This document shows, in pieces, positions 14,324-26,651 of a DNA stretch of 64,000 bases. The stretch's first letter is position 1; every line of letters starts with the position of its first letter. This stretch comes from Octopus vulgaris. Taxonomy: Eukaryota. The stretch is taken from positions 49,786,001 to 49,850,000 of the forward strand of contig OX597825.1 of assembly GCA_951406725.2 (NCBI GenBank), read 5' to 3'. The notes beneath the pieces were generated by a model. That model did no database searches, was not told where the DNA came from, and saw only the letters and a program-made list of their open reading frames with translations. The translations under genes were made by a program, and so were the position numbers.

Positions 14324-15382
14324 TCTCTCTCTCACACACACAAATACACACACACACACGTCCATTTCATATACGCATTTATATATCTTTCACTTGATCC
14401 TCGCTCTCACTTTAAAACAAAGGTAAATAGATAAAAAAAAAATTACGAAAATTAACGAACAAAGCCAGCTGATCCGGTTGACAGCTCTGATAGTCAAAGC
14501 GAGAGATCGCGCCAAAGAATTACTATTCCAAAAATTTTTTCGAGTACATTCAACGTATCTCACCTCCAAAGATTTGGCTGCTATTTCTAGCATGCTCCGC
14601 TACCACGAAACAGCTGTCTGCGATAAAAGACCCGAAATACCTGTTACGTAGTAGCAAGGCGTGCTTTAAAACGGTAAATATATTTTAATGTTATACATAT
14701 TTTTTTCACAAAATACGGGGTATAGAGCTGAAGATTGTAATAAGTTTCAAATTTAAATTGAATTAATTTTAAAAATTAAATTTCGAAATTTGTGAATTAA
14801 ACATGGAACTATTTCTGTATTAATCACGGTAACTTTGAAATAAACTTCATACATCTCGTCCGCTTTCTACAATCATTTCGTATCAAGGAGAATTGCTGAT
14901 GTTTTATTTAAACATTGATCATTCGACACGCATGGAAGATAAGTTTTTAACGGCTCTTCTCCCTTGGTTTATGTTTCTCTATATATACGTAATTTGCCGC
15001 CGTTGGCTCAACAGCATGTTAGAAGCGTGTTGAATGGTGAACGAAGAAGCATAACTTTTTATTTCTCTTCAACTATTTTGAAATAGTTGAGTACCTTGAA
15101 TTACGAATTGAGGTGGATGAATTAAGGTAAAAATATTTTAATGTAATACATATTTTTTCACAAAATACGGAGTATACAGCTGAAGATTGTATTATGTTTC
15201 AAATTTAAATTATATTAATTTTTAAAATTGATTTATTTGATTTGTGCATTAAACACGAAACTAGTTCTGTATTAACCACTTCATTCATACATTATACAAT
15301 CATTTCGCATCAAGGTAAACATTGATCATTCAACACGCATGGAAGAAAACAAAAAACACTCTAACGGACGATACAGCCAAGT
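13555..15382 (+). mobile_element. Probable non-autonomous Helitron-like element with an internal ~250-bp duplication
   Basis: 5' tcatatatatataataaaact; 3' aacggacgatacagccaagt resembles a degenerate hairpin-CTAG end; 14670-14945 and 15130-15345 are diverged direct repeats. Confidence 0.5.
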
Positions 15383-15809
15383 AATTGCAATCCACGACCA
15401 TCGAAATTCACTTTATTACATCTGAAACACATTCCAATCGAAACCCTTACATGTTCACGATATGATTTTTGCTGTTTTATTTTTAATTGTAATTGATGTA
15501 TGATTGAATAGTCAACGCTTATAATACATAGACATTTGAATTACAGCCGTCCTTTCACACGGAATTTCGTCTATCTTTAAACCATGACCATGAAATGTCT
15601 TATATATAAGGGAACTCTTATTGTGTATGTATATCGGAAAATGTATATAAGTCCAAACAATTTGTTGACCTTTTATGTTTTTTTAATAATTGTTTGTTAT
15701 ATAATATTATGTTATATTATATTCATAGTATATCATGTAATATTATAATATAAATTATTGTATTATCAATAGTATCTCTCTATTTAAATTATCTTCATAT
15801 AGAAATATG

Positions 15810-15862
<53 letters not shown>

Positions 15863-17476
15863 ATTTATATCTGCATGTGTATGTGAGTATTACCTAGCTA
15901 CAGTTATAGAAATACAGATTCATACATATACATGCATGGATGTAGAGCTATTCAATATTGTCTAGGTGTTAAATGTTTTAATATTTCACTATGACTTCAA
16001 TATTCTAGTGGAATTTATCGGAATTATTCATGCCCAAGTAAATATATACAAATACACACATACATATTTACTCACATATACATATAGGCGCAGGAGTGGC
16101 TGTGTGCTAAGAAGCTTGCTTCTCAACCACATTGTTCTGCGTTCAGTCCGCCAACACTTATTTGGTGTGGGCCGTTTAGCTTTAATGCGACGCGTAATCA
16201 CGAACGTGTGAGTTTGAGTATCATAGCTGGCTGCCAACATTGTTTTCTGCAAAAATAGGGTAAGCTTATCCTGTTCAGGCTATATTATTAGCATTATCCT
16301 GCGTTTGAGAATTTAAAATCACTTCTTTATCTTTCTAAGACATCTCAACGCTTCTAAAGCAAACTACGTTTGCTTGTTTACGTTCATCGTAATTTGAATT
16401 TAATATATATATATATATTATAGATATAGGGTAAAAATTATTAATTTATAATTAATAATTTTACTAGGTAGACTGGTATGGAAAAAGAAAATATTATCGG
16501 TAAAAACTTATACAAAAAGTTTTTTTATAATTATAAACATAATTAAGTCAAATAACTGGAACAAATAAAAGAATATGCGTCTGTGTCCAGGCAAGCGTGT
16601 GTATATGTATATATATGCACTTGAGCCGTCGGGCTCATCTGAGGATGCAAACTTTGTAAATTGCGTGTATATCGTGTCATTAGTTTTCAGAATGATGACA
16701 AGTATGTAGGAATCATGGTATGTAATGCAAATTAATAAGCGTTTTACAATTTATCATAAGAGTTGGAAATATTCCAATTGGAAATAATCCTATTTCTACA
16801 TGATACAGTGCGGGAAACCTGGAAGATTTATCACGCGAATAGGATGCAAAAAGTTTGCTCACAATTCCAATCAACATGGCTAATCACCACTCAATAATTC
16901 ATGAAGACCATGTGACTGCCTATGTTCATTAAGCATATTGAACACCTAAGGTCTGAGATAATATATCATAAAAAGAAAGGATCATTTGAGTACCCTTTTG
17001 CTTCCTAGATTATCTTCAAATTCCCAAATGAAATATATCAAGAAAAGTAATAAACCTTTTTCGGTTCTTAATAAAACTAGTCATAAATATTAGAATGTGT
17101 GTTTTACACCAAATAATATTACTCAGTATTACTCACTATCTATCAATCTGTACACGCATAAATATATAAATAATAACCAAAGTTATAGGGATGTAATGGA
17201 AACAAGATCCCGGTAGTTAATATTTATTCAAGTGCTATGTATATATCACTTAAAAGCTGAGAAGGAGAGATTCAATCCTTATCCAAAATATGACTGATAA
17301 GCGAAAATTTTAATTAGTAAATACGTAGCAAAAACGTAAAAAACTTCATTTTACCCGAGCATCAAACTAATATACATGTTTGTTCTTCATACACCTGTCT
17401 TTGTCTTTTGTTCTCCTATGAATTTCAACTATGTATATATATGAATCTTTATGTATATATATGTATATCTACCTAC

Positions 17477-17477
<1 letters not shown>

Positions 17478-17564
<87 letters not shown>

Positions 17565-17580
17565 ATATATATATATATAT
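17478..17580. repeat. (TATC)n + (TA)n microsatellite
   Basis: Direct reading. Confidence 0.95.
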
Positions 17581-17863
17581 AGATTGATATCAAAGAAGTG
17601 TCACTGTCGTACAGGAGGTGTTCTTGTACACGTCTGTCTTGTACGCGTGTTTCATCATCGCAAAATGTTACTTGAAAATAGGCGAGGGTTGATGACATGA
17701 AGGGCATTTAACCAAACACAATCCTTTGATCCAAGGAAAAGTGGATATTCCACTCACACACACACACACTCTCTCACACATACACACACACGACAAACAC
17801 ACACATGTATTTTAGATGTTTCAGTGCAAAGGCTGTGGCTATGATAGTGCACCTCCATATATA

Positions 17864-19133
17864 TGAAGGATGAAAAGTAAGTAGGCATTTAAAAGTTTTA
17901 AGAGTATCCATATTCCTTTTACAAATGTATAGAAACAAATGATACATTCTATATTACATGGGAAAGTAAGTCTTCATATTTCAACGGAATAACCGGATGC
18001 GCCAAACAGTTAACTCAAACGCCCAGGGATAGAATGAACAACATTCTGAAGGACGTCATATAGGATATCATTGAGAACCTACTGAATCCGTTCTCCAAGT
18101 CCTCCAGTGTGCGACGTTTTATCATGTACACCACCTCTTTTGTGTAATCTCACAAGTAAAAATCACATGGAGTGAGATCTGGAGTCCTTCGAAGCCGTTC
18201 AGGAGGTCAGCATTGTCCCATCCAACGTCTTGGAAAAGTTTGGTCTCTAACCATGCACGCATAGTAAGAGCAAAATTAGGTGGTGCACCATCCTGCATGA
18301 ATATCAAGTCACCAATGTTATGCCAGCCAGACGCCGTGGGCCGCACGTAATTTTCGATCATCTGAAGATAGAGGTCCGTATTCATGGTGTAACACAGAAG
18401 ATATGGTCCGACGACACTTGTTGCCGTCATGCCGTCGAAATTTTGGTCCTATTAACCGTCATGTTCGGATCCTTATCATACGACGTTCAATAATGACAAT
18501 TGTGACGATTGATGAAACCACCAACATATAAACACAGCCTCGTCGCTCCAGATGACGTATTCAAGCAGTTCAGGCCAATCTTCATGCCAACCTAGCATTA
18601 GCTAACCATATTCCATTTTGCGGTCTCAGTCTTTAGGTTTTGACTCCCGCACGTAATGGGGTTTCAACGGACAAAAATTCACTTTTTTATGCAATATCGT
18701 TTGCATCGTGTGTCTAGTTAGTCCACTTTCATGATCTGCTTGACGTGTTGATGTTTGCTCGATGCGATTAAACATTTCCTGCATTGCTGCCACGTCGGAC
18801 GGCCATTTCTTGCATCGTTCACAGAGCCCGTGGTCATTAGCTTTGCATGGCAACTTTCATTGTCTCCGGACGAATTATTGCATGATTATCTTTCCATGCA
18901 CACTACCATCTCTGAAACAAAACAATGAAATTCCACACACCACAGTGTGCTGCTATCTTATCTCGCTCCTGAACAGTCAATCGACGGGAAATTTGGAAAA
19001 TAAGAAATATGAAATAAGATAAGAAAATTTTCATTAGTGTTGTTTATTTTTAAAATGTTTTCGTCATCACTTCAGCGATACTAAAAAATTCTATAAGCAA
19101 TTTCTTATGCCTTGTTACTTTCCTCCCAACCCG
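17864..19133 (-). mobile_element. Tc1/mariner superfamily DNA transposon (DD41D/rosa-like), decayed
   Basis: VIWSDEAVF, IFMQDGAPP and PDLTPCDF on the minus strand, with about 41 residues between the last two Asp across a frameshift; degenerate TIRs (aaagtaa..aggcat) in TA context. Confidence 0.85.
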
Positions 19134-19798
19134 TATATATATATATATACAGAGAGAGAGAGAGAGAGAGAGGAGTAGAAGTATATTTAAGAAGTATACA
19201 CACACACACACACGCACAAACACACACACACACACACACTCATATATATGTATATATACTTACGTATGTGTATGTATGGCACATGCACATATTAGAAGCC
19301 TGTTACAGTAAGTTTCATAATATTGACCCGCTCATTGTGACTTATTCACATATAAACAAACGGTTCTCGGTATCTCTCTTCCGATCGGCCAGAACATGAA
19401 TTAAATTATCAATTTAAGTAAATGAGTTGAAAATTTAATGAAATCTCTAAATTGAATGGTAATGAATAGCTTTAAGCTACATAATCTATGGTACATGCAC
19501 TCAGAGATACATACATGAATGCATACATACATGAATGCCTACATACATGCACAGATACATACAAACATACATACATACATACATACATATATACATACAT
19601 ACATACATAAAGTAACAACAGTCACTTGTTTATATTTACGATAAGTCTCACACTATCGGTCTAACTCAGTAAATTTCTCTTAACACATATTTATAATAAT
19701 CCATATAGAGTGTTTAATACAATAAGAATTAATTGAATCTGCGGGTAATGCATTGAATTATGGAAATCAAACTAATTGATTTACAGTAACCACCGCGT

Positions 19799-20820
19799 TT
19801 AGTGTGTGAATAATATTCTTAAGATCAACATTTACTCATTCACAACCATTTCTAGGCTTTGGTACTAACTCAGTTTTTAATTAAATTTGATGATGTTTAG
19901 ATTGGTCACATCCTATGCTACATTTTGAGCTACTAAATTTGAAAATTGCTTCGGTAGAAAAAAGTTTCAGTAAAATATATGAGGTCAAAACAGAAGAGTA
20001 ACGCCTGAAGTCGATTTTGAATCCAAATACTTTTTTAAAAAATAAAACTATATTCTATTTTAGCTTATATGATAGATCACGGTGAGAGGAATAAATCTAT
20101 CCATGTTAATTATATACAAAAATATTCAGCAGCAAAAATTACTGAGGAAAAAACCGGCATAAAAACACACAGGAGATTAACGCCTGAAAAGGACTTTGAC
20201 TGCAAATATTATATTCATTTGAAAAGAAAACTGTATTTCAATTTAACTTTTCTGATAGATCCACACTAGAGGAATCCAATAATGCTACAAATTAAAAGAA
20301 AAAAAAACTACTGGGGCCAAATGTCCCGGAAAATGTGTTAACGCTTAAAATCAAATCCCAAACTTGAACTTTTTACCTCATATGATATAACTCATCAAGA
20401 CGAATGTCCTGGTGCTAATGTTTTCAAAAAATATCATTCACACACGGTAGTGTATGAATAATATTCTTCAGGTCAACATTTACTCACTCACGACCGCTTC
20501 TAGGTTTTCACACTAACTCAGTTTTTAATCAAATTTGATGATGTTTACATTTTTAGATTGGTCTCATCATAAGCTGTATTTTGGGCTACAAACAGTGAAA
20601 ACTGGTTCAGTCAAATATCTGAGGTCACAAACGGTAACACCTGAAATCGACTTTGAGTCCAAATATATATTTTAATAATAAATCTATATTTTATTTTAGG
20701 TTACAGGATGGATCTTGTCGACAGAGATCTCTCCATGTTAGCTGCAAAAATATTCAGTAAAAAAGTACTGAGGTAAAAGACGGCGAAAAAAAGAACAGGA
20801 GGTTAACGCTTGAAAAGGAT
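19799..20820. repeat. Diverged ~400-bp direct repeat (19799-20200 vs 20448-20820)
   Basis: tagtgtgtgaataatattctt...ttaacgcctgaaaagga occurs twice. Confidence 0.85.
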
Positions 20821-21078
20821 GGATCTTTTCCTTTTGAACGGCAATTTTCAACACAATTTCTACTTAACTAAACACTTTTAAACTTCGTATACTGGTAGAA
20901 TGTGTCAAAATAAAACATTTTTTTCTCTTGGCTTTCTTGAGAAAATTGTAAAAAGTTTAACGTAGTTTAACTTTTCGAATTTTAACCAATCAATTGCCTC
21001 TATTGAGCTAAAATTATTTGCTGCGTCTAAAACTGAGACAACATCCTGTCACTAATCCTAACCCTAACCCTAACCCTA
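20821..21078 (+). mobile_element. Fragment of a GG-terminated non-autonomous DNA element ending in (CCCTAA)n
   Basis: Starts ggatcttttcc..gaacggca; related sequence in inverse orientation at ~41490-41717; ctaatcctaaccctaaccctaaccctaa at ~21052-21078. Confidence 0.55.
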
Positions 21079-22354
21079 AATTTTAGCCTTTCATTTTTTT
21101 TTTATTAATTGTTAAATTAATTTAATTGTTACGCGTTTGTCTTAATTATTACGTGTGTGATCATGTATGTAAGTGCATGTGTTTTCTTTTGCGCTCGTGT
21201 CCACATATTTGCATGAATACACACACGTATTTAAAGGTCCGTTTTTTTATTCTTATAAAAGTTAGTAAATCTTAAAAAGCAATTCTTCTTTCCAGGATGT
21301 ATAAATCAAGTGGACACAATTGCATTGTTACCAGTTATAACGGTTATATTCCCAAAATATCCCACGTTATCTCCACGTTATGTAGAACCAAGTTATGTAC
21401 CAATAATTTTATTACAGTAATTATGACAAGAAAACTTCGGGATAAACAAGATGGTTAAATACAGCAAGGAACCGACATATCTTTTAGAGCAGTTGGAATT
21501 ATTCAACAGTGAAACATACTAATTAAAAATGGTGGAAATTCTAAAAATAAAGCTAAGAACATATACATTTCAAGTTTACTATTAACCGGAAGTAGTTTAT
21601 CTTATGCCTTAAGGGAACGTGATTTGCGAAGTTTGCAATATAATTAAAGCTAGATAAATAGACAAAAATATATACGTTCATGCTTATATACTAGCAATAT
21701 TTATATTTTATGAACTAATGTTTCGGTTCCATTTAACCAAATATTGGCTTCTCTATCAACTTAATTACGCCTGTTTCACAATTATGCGCCTGTGCCCGTG
21801 TGTGTGTACTCGTGTGTGTGTGTTTGGAATTGCAAGCAAGTACGTATGTGAAGATGTATGTCTGAGTAAGTGTGTATATATAATTACATATAAACTTACA
21901 ACTACCTACTCAACATAATAATGATTTCTATAAATTTTTCAAACACACGAATTGTCTGTTATGGAAATGAAGATTTTTATATTCAAAAGTAATTTCTTCA
22001 AATTGTTCATCAGTTATTTTCATTGTGTAATATTTGAGTGTTTGCGAATCAACTAATGATTGTTAAAGGACAGTAGAGATGGATATATGGTACAAATCTG
22101 ATTCCTATTCGTGTACTGAAAGACCTTTCCAAAAATTTGAACCATGCCAACAGATCATTTTATGCGTCAAATTGGCGTTATCTATAGCATAATTTGTGTA
22201 TTCCAAGTGATACTTGCTACCCACTTGCTTGTTAGCACAAGATAGTATTTAATTGTAGGGCTGCTCCAAATAATATGGATGCTACGTTAAAGAAGTAGAC
22301 AGAATATATGTGTGTGTGTTTGTGTGTGTGTATTTGTGTGAGAGAGAGACTTAT

Positions 22355-22568
22355 TAGTCCGTAAGAATCATAGGGCTGGTTTTCCGGGTTCTCTAGCGTA
22401 AATATGCCGGTCCGTCACAAGATTCTCACTTTTACCAAGTGACTGGACTTGGGCAATACGAAATGAAGAGTTTTGCGCAAGAACACAACACATCACCATG
22501 TTCAGGAATTGAAACCACCATCTTACGATCATGATTCGGAAACTCTAACCACTAAGACATGCGCCTCC
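22355..22568 (-). mobile_element. tRNA-derived SINE (decayed)
   Basis: Minus-strand ggaggcgcatgtcttagtggttagag...ggtttcaattcc A/B boxes. Confidence 0.75.
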
Positions 22569-22904
22569 ACCTATATGTGCGCGTGCGCGCGTGTGAGTGG
22601 GTGTGTGTATGTGTGAGTGTGCGCGCGCTTATGATTGTTTCCTGTTATTTGTGGAGTGAAATAGATTCAGGCAAAACCATAATGGAAAACAGAATATTCG
22701 CATTGGATGTTCAGTTATAATAGAGTGTTTTGCTATTGGGTGCACACAGATTCTATTAAAAACAATAGTCCACCAACAAACACCCACGCACACTACCCCT
22801 GCATATAAAAAGAGAGAGAGAGAGAGATGCATCTCTCTCTCTTCGTCTCTCTCTCTTTCTCTCGCTATATATATATATATATATATGGTACTGACTAGCA
22901 CCTA

Positions 22905-23420
22905 TTTGCAAAAGAGTAAGAGTTAATGGAAGCACTCCGTCGGTTACGACGACGAGGGTTCCGGTTGATCCGAATCAACGGAACAGCCTTCTTGTGAAAT
23001 TAACATGTAAGTGGCTGAGCACTCCACAGACACGTTTACCCTTAACGTAGTTCTCGGGGATATTCAGCGTGACACAGAGAGTGACAAGGCCGGCCCTTTG
23101 AAATACAGGTACAACAGAAACAGGAAGTAAGAGTGAGAGAAAGTCGTGATGAAAGAGTACAGCAGGGATCACCACCATCCCCTGCCGGAGCCTCGTGGAG
23201 CTTTAGGTGTTTTCGCTCAATAAACACTCACAACGCCCGGTCTGGGAATCGAAACCGCGATCCTATGACCGCGAGTCCGCTGCCCTAACCACTGGGCCAT
23301 TGCGCCTTCACTAAAAGATAAAGTCGACCTCGGTGGAATTTGAACTCAGAACATAAAGACAGACGAAATACCGATAAGTATTTCACCCGGTGTGCTAACG
23401 TTTCTGCCAGCCCACCGCCT
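22905..23420 (-). mobile_element. tRNA-derived SINE (family 3, 22905-23310) joined to a family-2 SINE head
   Basis: aaggcgcaatggcccagtggttagggcagcggactcgcggtc...gtttcgattccc; second copy at 34575-34868. Confidence 0.87.
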
Positions 23421-23449
23421 TTGTAAGAGTTAAAACAGCTCCAAAGCCA

Positions 23450-26400
23450 CAGAAAGCGCTGAACTAAATGACTGACAAAGAGAGGTAAGTTCCCGGCGTT
23501 CATAGCTGGATCACAATTTCGGATTTTGTTGTATACCATCTTAAGTCTCATCAGCGACTCTTAACGCCTAGTGTTAAACTCAACTACTTCTATCAGTCTT
23601 ATAAGAAATACCGTTGAAAACATGACTTTGGGGTTGTTTTAACTCTAGTTTTTAGGATTTTAGGAAAAGAACTGCTAGTCAGTACCCTCTGTTACTTTTG
23701 TGACCTTTTTTCGTTAATCGTCGTGTTGCGCGGTGTGGTGATGGAGCGTGTTATTATTTCATTCGTCATTTTCGTTGAGTCTCGGTCTCTATCATGCTAT
23801 CTATGTGGTCTCCGTAATCTAAGTGTCGTGTCAGTTCTATGCGTTGAGAATACCTTAACCTCTATGTTATCTATGTTTTAATTGCGCATGTTGGTAGACT
23901 CTGATGATATATTTTGCTCTTTGAGCTCCCACCAATATAAGCTGTTGTCTTGTTTCTTCACCGTCCCTCAGAACACTTTAAGCTACAGACTATATTCCTA
24001 ACCTTTCAGCTAACCTGTGTGTTCATCTTACATATTATACAATTTGTCTACGTACATGGTGACTCATCGAATGATAAGTTACACAGATTAGGGATTTTAT
24101 GGGTCTTCCTGGCCTTTGAACTACAGATAGGACTAGTTAATATTTATTCAAAAACAAAATTGTACGGTTCTTATAATAGCGTGAAATTGTAGAGACCTCA
24201 CCTGTTGTCTGCAATGGAATTGACCAAAATCTATTCATCTCTTTAATTGGTTAACTGATTAGAGATTGAGTGAGGATATTTTGGAACTCAAAGTAGTGAT
24301 ACTAGTTTCACGTTAGACTAGGAGATCCTCGCCTCCGTACCTTCGTACAATGTATAAAAAAATACAGGAAATGCTCTCTTTACATCAATGACATTTTTTT
24401 CATCTTAGCAGCACAAAACCCACTATTGAACCGAAGGGAACAGAGAAGCCTACATTGCCTGCACAAGGGGAAGTTTACCTTCGCTAAATATAGATAACAT
24501 CAGAAACCCTTGTGCCACACTAAAATACCACTAAGAACCCCTCACCATAGAAATAGTTGTCCTTGATATTAATTTGAAGACCATATATATATAATCCTTA
24601 ATTAAAACTAGTTTTCTAGAAGTACATACTGGGCCCCTTGCATGTTTAATATCCTTGTCTCTTCACCAAAATTCCGAGTTTAGATCCCACTCCCCACCCA
24701 TTACAACTACCTACATTCTTATACTTATTAAGCCATTTTTCATTAATATAACCCCCCCCTTTAGCAAATGCCAGATATTTCAGTCATAAAGCTAATTGAG
24801 AACGCAGAAGATATAGTTTATTAACCCTATTGTTAGACCACAGTAATTACTTTAAGTTTTTAATTGTAATTTTAATTTTAATTTTATTTTATTTTTATTT
24901 TCCTGTACCTTTTATACTATGGATGAGCTTGTGGGCAATATGAACTTAATTTTCCTACCAGCATATTGGTGTACCTCCACTTAAAGTAGACCCTACTAAT
25001 CCTACCCACTTAGAAATAACACTATCCACCTGTAGAATTTTTGATTTATTTGAATGAACTCAGTGTTACCTTCCCCCTCTCTAGATTGTATAAGTCTGTA
25101 CTTGGACACTGCAGTAGCTGACTTCCCAGAATATATTAGCACACTTGGGTTTACTATATATGATTGTAGGTGTAATTTTTGTAATAGAGCTAGTATGGCT
25201 CAACCCACGTAAGGTTTGATGTAATTAATAAATTTATTGATATGAATAATCTAACTTTTATGATAATATAATACATATTATATAAGATCTAGTAAATTGT
25301 GTTGGGACATGGCGTTTGTAACCATGGTAGTAATTAGCAAGTGTTTAACTTTAGTTTTTAATCGATTAAATGTGTACTTGTGCTTTTGCCCTACAGGGCA
25401 AAATTTACTTAGGAACGTGTATACATTTACTTGTGCGCCCATTATTACCACCACTTAAAATTTACTCGCTATCTAGGATGTATGATTCAGCATCATTTTT
25501 TTTTTTTTTGTAGATAACTCCATTGGTTTGCATCTCATGTACTAGTTGTCTCCCCTTAACAATAAAATATTACAGCCGTTTGACAGACTATTGTTACCTA
25601 TTTATTTTATTCTTATTTACGTTATGTTGAGAAGTGGCAAAAGGCCATAAGTGGCCTCCTGCCACTTATACCACAGTATTCTCCCCGTATTCTCTACTTA
25701 CTGGTTCGTTTTCTTCTTTATTTGCATATCCCCTGTAACACTCTTACTTTTGCCTTTGGTTCAAATATAATCGACCAATTGTAGAGAAACAGACTTTGGT
25801 CAGTTCTATTGCGGACAATGCGTGGTGGTCTCTACAATATTTCATCAGTAAGTACACCATTATAATAACCCTACGGTTTTATTTTTGGATAAACTTTAAC
25901 TAGCCCTATTTACGATATCATAAGTACTATTCTTTTTCTAGATATATTGGTAATTATTGTTTTTTATTTTAGCACTAAGTTCATTTCACTACTATTCATT
26001 CACCCTGATTTCCCCTTTATATAGAAATAACCCCTAATAATTTCTCGAGGCCACAGCTAGTTCGCTCTTTTGCCTGTCAACTTCAAGCTCCACGCTGCCT
26101 GCAAGATGGTATGATTTTAATATATTGAGCCTATTGGGCTCTTCTCGAGGCCGTGATTTTTACTATTCCATCTTCCCTTCGTTTATTATATTTTAAGCTT
26201 TTGTATTCACTCTGATGACGTTCTATGTACTAGATCGAATGTACTATGATGACGAATATTATTTTCGGAATTTCTCTCGTAAGCACCTACAAATACTGGA
26301 AGCGAAAACGGCCGTAAGAAATGTTATATCATGCTTTGTATTAAATAATAATCAACCGATGTTGGTCAATTTGTTTGTTGATCAAGTTCCCTCCATTCTC

Positions 26401-26560
26401 TGATATTTAAATTTTGATTCCTCATAAGCTTTTGTTCATTCTGTTGTTACCTGTACCCTATGAGCATAGTGTACCTGCACACCCATGCCCAAGGATAGTA
26501 CAGGTAATTGATACCGATAGTAAATGCGGATATTGTTACTCCTTAGTCGCTTACTACAAC
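23450..26560. mobile_element. Old, probably Penelope-related sequence in inverted arrangement
   Basis: 24125-24260 is a diverged reverse complement of 25770-25910; GIY-YIG-like AYIGGSS on minus near 23940; hammerhead-like motifs at both outer ends. Confidence 0.4.
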
Positions 26561-26576
26561 CACTAACTCAGTTTAC

Positions 26577-26651
<75 letters not shown>

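Noticed and set aside
23900-23925. ctgatga and the DDIF reading on the plus strand as a hammerhead or RT active site
   Set aside because: No downstream GAAA or stems, and no surrounding RT motifs
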